DNA from: Octopus bimaculoides
Taxonomy: Eukaryota
Length of the DNA stretch: 64,000 bases
Assembly: GCF_001194135.2 (NCBI RefSeq)
Contig: NC_068993.1
Coordinates: forward strand, 64,173,063-64,237,062
Direction: 5' to 3'
Below are positions 54,871 through 64,000 of this stretch, piece after piece. The notes beneath the pieces were generated by a model that worked only from the letters and a program-made list of their open reading frames with translations, was not told the DNA's origin and made no database searches. Both the position numbers and the translations under genes were made by a program. Numbering within the stretch: position 1 is the stretch's first letter; each line of letters opens with the position of its first letter.

Positions 54871-56744
54871 TGTGCTATTTTCATGACACTTTCCTTGCGA
54901 TTCTGCTTCTCGTCTTACTAAAAACGCCGACTAAAATTTCCTTACAGTTCTGTTAACCCGAAGAGATCACGTGAATAAATGTGCTGAGTCTGATAATGAA
55001 TTGAAAACGACAGACCAACGTTTTATTTAATTTTAATTTCCATTCTGCTTTCCTTAGAACTAATGTATTTATCGCATGACGTCTTACAGCTTTCTGTAGT
55101 TATGTAATCTCTACTCTTCTAACAAACAAAGTAATCTCAGAAGGCGGTCTTACCCTGTTGTCTTAAAAAGAGAAGTACTCATTGGAAATTTTAGTACAAG
55201 TCACTGCAGAAACAAGGAAAGCAAAAAAAAAAAAAGACAACGGGTTGTTTTGACTAGACCAGCTATATTATGATTGATTTGGAGCTAAATAACTACAATA
55301 ATCTATATCTGAAGCATTTCAAGTATTCTATGATTGGTGAGGTTTCTTGCTATTTTGTAGGCCTGATAGTTATCAGCCAATTTACTCGCACAAGACACAG
55401 GACTCTAATGCAAAATCCTTGGTAAATGCCTCTCTCCACTTTGAAGCACGAACACACAGAAACATCTGCTTTGCTATATCTGTAGCAGTTAAATCTCTCA
55501 CACCGTATTGCCTTAACATTATGGAAAGTCACATTAGATAAGATGATCCTCTATGGAGAGAAAACAGTCACGGCTAGAATATCGTCAATCATAATTCTGT
55601 TGTGTGAAGACTAAATCTTGAAATAAGCCTCCACTGCAACAATGCTTCTTACTACACACAAAACGGAACAAAGGGGATGAACGTCGTCGTTTCCTCGAGA
55701 TAAGCTAGCCTGCTAGGATTACTTACCAGGTATTCCTGAAATCATTTCTTTTTGTCTTGAAAGAGTCTATATTTCAGAACGGTTTTCTTGATACATTAAG
55801 TCTGAACACAAGACATAATAGGCACCATCGGATTACATTTAATCAAAGGTTTACTCATGGTTAAATAAGTTGTGACAACAAATGTATTGAATTACAATGA
55901 AGAAAAACGAATGAAGGGTGAGTCGCCTAGAGACAACACAATATTAGACTGGATACTGGAGATTACTATTGTTGTTTGCTCTTACAAAGTTCCTGATGAG
56001 GGTTTTATTTAGTTATAGACTGCTGTCTATAACAAAATCAGGATGATAAGAAACGCAGTGATCTGTTAATCGGGCATAATTATCTTGTCACAGCATCCTA
56101 GGAAATCTTAATATTGCACGAGAAAGTGCACAGCGGTCTTAGAGACAAGATTATTGTCATGTCTTGACAAAGTCGATATGCTCGACACGTGGCTCTCAGA
56201 CATTAAATTCAAATCTTCATAACAGAAAATCAACCCACAGACAATCTAATGTGGAAAATAGACAGTTACAAGAGGTTGAATCCTTCACCTACATAGTCGT
56301 GAAAATAATTAACCCCGTTTCTAACACAAATACAAAATAATTAATGTGATCAGTTCAATGTGTCAGAGCAGAGGTGTGTTAGGTAATTAGAAAAAGCAGA
56401 AAACTGGAGAAGCATTCAATTAAAATTGTTATTTAAATTCTAGAGGTGGAAGTAATAGGTTAATTTGATATCAGTTTGCAATATCAGCCGTTTAAAAAAA
56501 GAAAAGTCATGCTGCAATCGACATAATTTCAGTAGTACATTCAGTTGTCTGGCAGAGTTTATTCATTTCAAACAGGTTTAGTTTTCAAGGTAACAAACAC
56601 GTGTAAATAGGCTCAATTGCACTTACACATTGAGATATAGTTATATATACACGCACACATTTTGACATGTACATTATGATAGCGTGTATCTGTGTTCATG
56701 TATGTATATATGCGTGTATGTATGCGTCTGTCTGTTTGTGAATC

Positions 56745-56786
<42 letters not shown>

Positions 56787-56810
56787 TCTCTCCATATATA
56801 NNNNNNNNNN

Positions 56811-56858
<48 letters not shown>

Positions 56859-57257
56859 TCTCTCCATATATATATATATATATGTATGCATCTATATAGT
56901 ACATGTGGGTATGTATATGTATATACACACATATACACCTCCGCCCACATTATACATGACACACACACACACACATACACACACACACATACACACACAG
57001 ACACACACACACATATATCGTTTATTTAATTTCATTTGCTCCGTATTCGAGTGATACGCTATTCTGAAGCATATCTATATTGAATTCTAACATCAGGTTA
57101 TTATTATCGCTATGTTTAAGCGAAACGTCAACATATGTTTATATGTGTGTGTGCATGTATGTGTGTGCATGTGTGTGTATGTGTGTGCAACCTAATATGA
57201 GTACAATTAATCTATGAACTCTATATAAATCTGTATCTTCGTATAGCATATATATAT

Positions 57258-57318
57258 ATCTGGATACATCTGGATATATCTGGATATATACATCTGGATA
57301 TATCTGGATACATCTGGA
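57258..57318. repeat. 10-bp (ATCTGGAT(A/T)N)n minisatellite
   Basis: ATCTGGA repeated six times. Confidence 0.9.
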
Positions 57319-58149
57319 AGGACTAAAATGAATGTATGAAACAGCATTACTCACAGAGCCTATTACAACTTATGATTCAATAATAAAAAAAAAGGAAAAA
57401 TTAGCTCTTATCTGACACATCCTTCACCTGTTGATTATTGAGGTAAATTCCAATTGCCGAGTTAATGCTTGTGTTCAATGCGTTTATGCTAAGTGAAATT
57501 ACTACCATCAAGAACTGAGTAGGTTTGATCGACAGGTAAAGGTATTTATCAGCTACGTGATGGCAATCATCATTCCTTTATTAACGATATTTGCATCTCA
57601 ACGGCACGTTCATTTTTTTGTCACCATTTACTCCAAGCTAAATGAAATAGTTTTTCTAATATCCTATAGTAAACTAGTAATAATATTAAATTATTCTTAC
57701 AGTTATACAGAGCTGTCGCCATTATTATTTATTACTTCCCCGTATAATGTTATCTCATAAACTGTGAAACGAAATCAGATATACATACTGACGTTATAAG
57801 TAATATAACATTATCCATACAAAGATATTATACTTTGGAATCGTAAAGACCATTAAATCCTAAATACTATTACATCGTAAATGACACTTTATACAAATGG
57901 CACAGAAACATGGTACATTATAATTTATCAATAACCCTCAGTTATGGGTACGGTTACATCACATCTCCCATTGCACCAAACACCCGTACACCATACATTC
58001 CATTAATCCTACATGCATTTACGACATAAGTAAACCATTAAATGTTTCTATCTCTAAACAATCTTGATATCAATAAACACACATCTCACATACCATTAAA
58101 ATTACTGCTCAAATTCATCTTCGAAGAATTTATTTTATATACATATATA

Positions 58150-58211
58150 TAAGGTGGTGCTCCAGCATGGCCGCAGTCAAACGACTGAAACAAATTAAAA
58201 AATAAAAGAAT
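58150..58211 (+). mobile_element. Family A SINE 3' tail only
   Basis: taaggtggtgctccagcatggccgcagtcaaacgactgaaacaaattaaaaaataaaagaat. Confidence 0.8.
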
Positions 58212-59946
58212 GCATTTAATTGTGTTTGGAATGAATTGCCGAAAACTTGTTTTTTGGATTTGCTTGCATCCCATTTCTGTCTGCAGTGTTCATACTTCCC
58301 CATTCCACTCCCTCCTTTAACTGTTAAGAATTATTGTTCTTTATTTTCACAGCCAGAAAATGAATAAATGACAATTTAGAATTTGCAACCAGAAAAACAT
58401 TGTCTTAAGTAACGTAGGAGAACGTGAAAGAAACCATATGTACGCTAGATCACTTCCTAGTTTCATCTCTGAAAAAAAACATATTCACTACTACAATGTG
58501 AAATATGATGCTTGACACATTTAATATGAATTCCTCCACAACAGCAGCCCTCTTGAAATTTAACCAAACAGTTCACTCTGTATGAAATTAGAGTAAATCA
58601 TATTTGGGGAAAGAGAAGTTACTCTGAAATATATTTTAAATGACAGACAGTGGTTCAACGCTAGAGAAAGACAGGTGTGTGTTACAAGTTATTTGAATTA
58701 TCTTGATTTGTTTAACTTATCTTCTAGCTCAAGTCTAAGCGTGTATTTAGTAGCCGCCATATTTGCTTTCAATCAAACCAAATCATTTCAGAAAAGATTC
58801 TCAGATATTTTCTATGCATTATCTATGTAAAAAGAACAATTACTTATAGAACGCTTTTCGATTATATATTTTCTCGCTCAGATCTGAACTCGAGCAAAAA
58901 AAAAAAAAAAGCACAACTATATGTAACTACTCGTTTAGCAGTGGAAAAAACTGGAAAAGTGGAAAGCTAGACAAGAAAAAAGTGATTTGTTTCTTTTATT
59001 GCTGTGGTATTGATGGAGAAATAAAGTCTTTTGTTGTCGGCTGGGACACATTGAACGAAGAAAAAAAATCTCGTTTACGTAAGTAATTCAGGTAATTATT
59101 TCAACAAGTTGGGAATTTAGAGATGAATTCGATAATAAATCGTTTATTTAGAGCATGTTTCCATTCCTTTATTTTATTTCGCTTAATTTATTCAATCATT
59201 AAATTGATCAAGTCGTTAAATTAATTAGGTACAAATACAGTAATTTAATTTGACAAGTAATGCAATGTTAATCATTGATTGAGCTACATAGTATGTAATC
59301 TCATGTTAGGCCCGATCGAGCATTTTTCTGCTCATGATTTTCCAGTCAAAACCATCGTGCTGTGTGTGTTTTTTTATTTTTTTTTTATTATTATTATTTT
59401 AACAAACGTGACATATTCAGGACAGCTACCTAATGTAAACTTTTTATGACAAGGCTTCATTTGACGGAGATCCGGTTGCTATTTCTTGAAAATGAGCGAT
59501 TATATCGTATAGCCCTTGCTAGCTTTTGTACTTTGAAAGTTATTTGACATTCAATTACACATTCTGAATGAACTGCACAGAAACCACACGTATTTTCGTC
59601 CGAATCATTCAACTTCTTTCTTTTACTGCCGACAGTCGAAAGACTACGGCCTTTCTGATGCAGGACTTCCAGAATTATATGTGATTATATTGCTGCCATG
59701 CCAACAACGGATTTCCGTTGTACTGATTTTATTAGTCTCTACTTACCGCAAACATAAATTGCTTTTGGATGCAAATAAGATCAACAGGTGGGCAACGTAA
59801 AGACATCTATAATTTCCAAATTAATAGTAAGAAGACGGTTGCGAGTTTGATTCTTCCAAATCAACTGTTACATATTACGAGATGTTTACACCAGTTGAGT
59901 AAACGAAGTCCTAAACAATCGGACCTATCTCTTGCTAACCCTCTGC

Positions 59947-60970
59947 TTCATCAACTGACCAGCACACTTTATTAACTGACCAGTACATTTTCAGAAGTCG
60001 CCACAATATTTCACTTAGTGCATAGTCGTCTTCGTTAAAGACCACTATATTTCCTCAGCCTGACCTATCTGGTTTATTCAGAGACCAGTATAAGTCATTA
60101 AATAACCAATATATTTAATAATATTCGATAATCCACGGTGTTCATTGATTATAGAAATGACCTGCGACATAATCCACCAATGCACGCTGCAGTATTCAGT
60201 TGACTTCGGCTCGCTAGGTGCATGCATCAGCAGCAGGAGTAAAAAAATCCTTATACTGATTATATTGTACTGAACTTTATTTCACTGGAGGGGTTCCAGA
60301 GACTGATGAATACAGTTTGTCGTGTCACTAACGTATTTGAAGCAGAGATCAGCAACAGAAAGTTTAAAACTATGGCAGGCACGGAATTAGGCCAGGTTTA
60401 CTCTACGATTCCTTGCAATCACGACGCAGTTGACAGGTCCGAACACCTGCACTCATTGTTGGGAAAACAGCGGACGTTGCAGGGGATCAGAGCAAAAGTT
60501 GGTGCAAGAAGATCGATTCTGAGATTACTCGAGACAATATGGAAAGACTATATTCTCATAAAAACCATCAAACCTACACCAGGACACTTTATTAAGTGAC
60601 AAGTATATTTCCTTCATAGACCAATGTGTTGCATTGAATCACCATTATACCTTATAAATATCAATATATATCATTATATGACCAGTGTACATCATAAAAT
60701 GACGTGCACGTTCCGTTAAATGACCAGTATATTTCCTCGAATGACAGAAATATTTCATTAAATGACCAGTTTTTCATTTACTAATTAGGCAACAGTATAG
60801 TCTGTTAAATCACTATTACATCTGATCAGTATGTTTCATTAACTGACCAATATACTTTTACAATATGTATACTTTATTAAATTGCCCGGTATATTTCATA
60901 AACCTAATCACTCGACTTAGTTAACTAACCACTATGTTTCCTCTACTGACAGCGATTTTTCTTTTAACTG
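59947..60970. repeat. Highly degenerate 21-bp minisatellite (consensus about TGACCAGTATATTTCATTAAA) in two blocks, 59947-60110 and 60585-60970
   Basis: TGACC-like cores at 59956/59977, 60597/60618/60639 and 60679/60700/60721/60742/60763, spaced 21 bp within each run. Confidence 0.8.
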
Positions 60971-62414
60971 AATTGTGTAAACGGTGAAACTCTTCTCTAA
61001 ATAAGCGAAACTGCTGGTATCATCATATCTAACGTTTTGATTATCAATACTATTTAATTACGATGATTATGAAATAATATTGGTGATTATCTGGCATTCT
61101 TTAAGAAGAAGAAAACAGCTGTAAGCGTTTCTGATTCTTAAGTCCGTCAGCGAGAGTAACGCTTCCGGCATTGCTTCCTAACACAAAAATTGGATTGTCA
61201 GAAATTTGACGTTTTTGAAGATTAAGTATAACTGATTAAGAATAATTTCGGTTTAAACAAATGGAGTAAAAATACTTATTACGAGCAGTTTTTGAAACGT
61301 GTATCTCAGGTGTGTTTCACCAAGTGTACCTGAACTTGATCATCCAAATTGATGAACTAGATGTCCAGTTGCTATGGTCATGAAATTTAAAGTAACGAAG
61401 GCACGCGGCTGCTTTACATGCTAGAAATAAAATTTAGTTATTAGGACTATATACCTTAAATCGGGGAATAATTAAAATACATAGTCCTAGGAGTATTCTG
61501 CCAAGAAACGTACAAAGAATAACTTAGATCAATATGTTCTCAAATTTTCTTCAGGTGATTTCGTCGGAGAAGGGGCAGCATCCATGCCCCTTTTCTAGGG
61601 CTGTGTGACTTGGGTATGAGAGCAATGCAGTCGTCCTTAGACCGGAGGCCTAGACGAAATGCTCGCTACAGAGTAAGATTTGCTAAAGACAACTAGAGGC
61701 TGTATGGTGTATTTTCGCCAAGTGGCGGACTAAAATCAATTATCATGGCAGTACGTTACAGAAGTTTGTTACAACATTCTTGAACATGATTTTCCCGTTT
61801 CTTTACAACTTCTGTTCATTTAAACACCAATAAAGAGATGTCGTTATTGGATTATATGTCTTGTTCTCATTCGTATAAATTTACCAGCTCGTAAAATATT
61901 TAAAATGTGCTCTGGTATGATTCAATTTCGAAATATGAAACTACCTAAATCTTCATTAAATGTCATTCATGATAGCATCGATTTTCGCGAAAACTTACAG
62001 ACTTAGAAAATGACTCCTGACATTCACAGACCGACGTAAGTAAAATTCAAAGAAACGATTAAGAAGAGACACAATGTTATCGACAATTCGCAGAACCTAA
62101 AATCTCAAAATAAAAATTAAAGTGTTGTTAAAAAGTTCGTTTCGAAAACACATTTTCTCAGGTTCAATATTTTCCCTCTTTTTTTCTGATATAATCTTCA
62201 CTGGACAGTACTTTGCTAGCTTATTAGAATGGATAGCAAAATGTACAAAACTTCTTGTCTATATATATTTCATTAAAGCTTCAAAATTAACGCAGAACTG
62301 TTACTCAGAGTTTCACGTTCCTGTTCGTCGGACAGTTGTGATGAATACTTTACATTTGGTATTCGAGTGCTATCTTTCCACCTTGTTTTGCATTTATGCA
62401 TTCACCTGAATATG

Positions 62415-62620
<206 letters not shown>

Positions 62621-64000
62621 CACAAACACACACAAATATTGTTTACGTAATAAAAATTTTGAAACTTTGAAAGAGCACTAATTCATTTTTCACCGTTGAC
62701 TACCATGTAGATAAAGCTCAAACTAATAGTATGTAAATACTGATTTATAAGATTTGAAGATTTCCAATGGGACTGGGGCCCACATTCTCTGTATACATGA
62801 CAAACATTTTACCGATGAGCTAAGGAAAACTTCCGAGTTTCTCTGTTTATTTTGGAAACTATTTCCTTACCAGAAACAATTGTATTTTGTTGAGGCCATT
62901 ACAATTTAGAATCTTCGAGAGTACATAAGATAATGATTCATTGACACAATGCGTGGGTTTGTCTCCTGACCTTCCTAACAAATTCTCTGAACAGCCAACA
63001 ACACAGATTCAGACTCAAGTGCTTGCCTCATGCATCATATAAATGAACTTGAGAGGAAGTGATAGTCATATCTTTCATCAGTCTGAAATTAGACCTGTTA
63101 ACTTCGTTCTCTTTTATTTGTACGACTTGTTGGAATGCATTGTATTAAAACGAAAGGTTAATTCAAAATGTTCTCTAGCCATTGCTTTCTACAATATTGA
63201 ACAACTCTCTTTCGACTAGTCACACAATGAGGGTCAGCCTAGTTGACGGAGTCCCAAAAGTTCCTTGTCTTTCTTCCACTAAATTATGTTGACAACCTTT
63301 TTCTAGTAAAACAGGTCTTTGAAATTATTGTCCGAAACAAATGTCTGCGATGTTTTTTTCTTTTACAATACAGTTTATAATGCTCATTTTTATGAAATTG
63401 TTCAGCAAAGTCAATTTTCGCATTTAAGTAAACCTTTTCTTGATCGATGCGCTAAATCAAAGTGTGAAATATTTTGTCAGTTTTCTCTCCTATTTTCAAA
63501 CCAAAATTTTCAAACCACACGCAACGTAATTATTATCGCATTCTTCTACAAACCACTGTGCTGACGTGTAGAAAATACGACAGGAAAAATAATATACATT
63601 TGAGCATTGTTGTTTTTTCTGCGAAAGAATTTTGAAAACTTTCCTACATATGTTTCAGTCGTATGAGTGAAATGCATAACACTGGTTATGAAAGGATAGC
63701 AAGAGATGAAAGAAGCAAAACGGAAAAAGAGGTCATTTACCTGATATTCGAGAAACTTGGTTAATATTTATCAACGAAAGCTGAGCAATTTCTTCGTGCA
63801 CATAAATAACTTTATCTAAACTACAGAGCGAAATTCTTGGTCACGATTAAATTGCAGGCCCCAATAAAACTCCACCCGAAAGTAAACACGATAGCATAAA
63901 GGTAAAAGCAAGCTTAGAGAATGAATTCACCAGTAACACAGTGTATGGATTTCATGGTGGAAAGTTTGTGCATAGGAAAATGTGTCAAAGAACACATTCC

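Noticed and set aside
56750-56880. Apparent direct duplication of (CT)n-CCCTCTCTCTCCATATATA around a 10-N gap (similar at 50095-50165)
   Set aside because: Most likely overlapping contig ends left unmerged, an assembly artefact.
61399-61410. AAGGCACGCGG resembling miR-124 (also TGAACACAGCT near 29979 for miR-317 and AATTGCACTT near 56615 for miR-92)
   Set aside because: Only 10-11 nt match; the 3' halves diverge and no precursor hairpin is evident.
61567-61595. 11-bp-stem hairpin followed by T-run and CTAG (terminator or Helitron 3' end)
   Set aside because: Rho-independent terminators do not apply to this genome; CTAG overlaps the stem, is not followed by T, and no matching 5' TC end was found.

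Overview
AT-rich eukaryotic genomic DNA, intergenic or deep-intronic in character. The SINE families, microsatellite density and microsatellite-flanked N gaps resemble a short-read octopus (cephalopod) assembly; the taxon call is an inference from recalled repeat families, not from a search. I found no recognisable intact protein-coding gene, tRNA/rRNA gene or CRISPR array, and almost all ORF-track entries are translated microsatellites or chance ORFs. Supported content: about 10 tRNA-derived SINE copies or fragments from three families; one apparently complete non-autonomous Helitron carrying telomere-like repeats; decayed Tc1/mariner elements (a mariner with an inverted internal segment, a rosa-like DD41D copy, a maT-like DD37D copy); a 3' fragment of an R4/Dong-like RLE LINE flanked on both sides by CA repeats; weaker hAT-like and other transposase relics; many microsatellites; and three 21-bp-period minisatellites, two of which share motifs in opposite orientation. 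No new biological system is demonstrated. The best leads are the 21-bp arrays, the possibly (CA)n-targeting LINE, the telomeric-repeat Helitron and the fold-back mariner.
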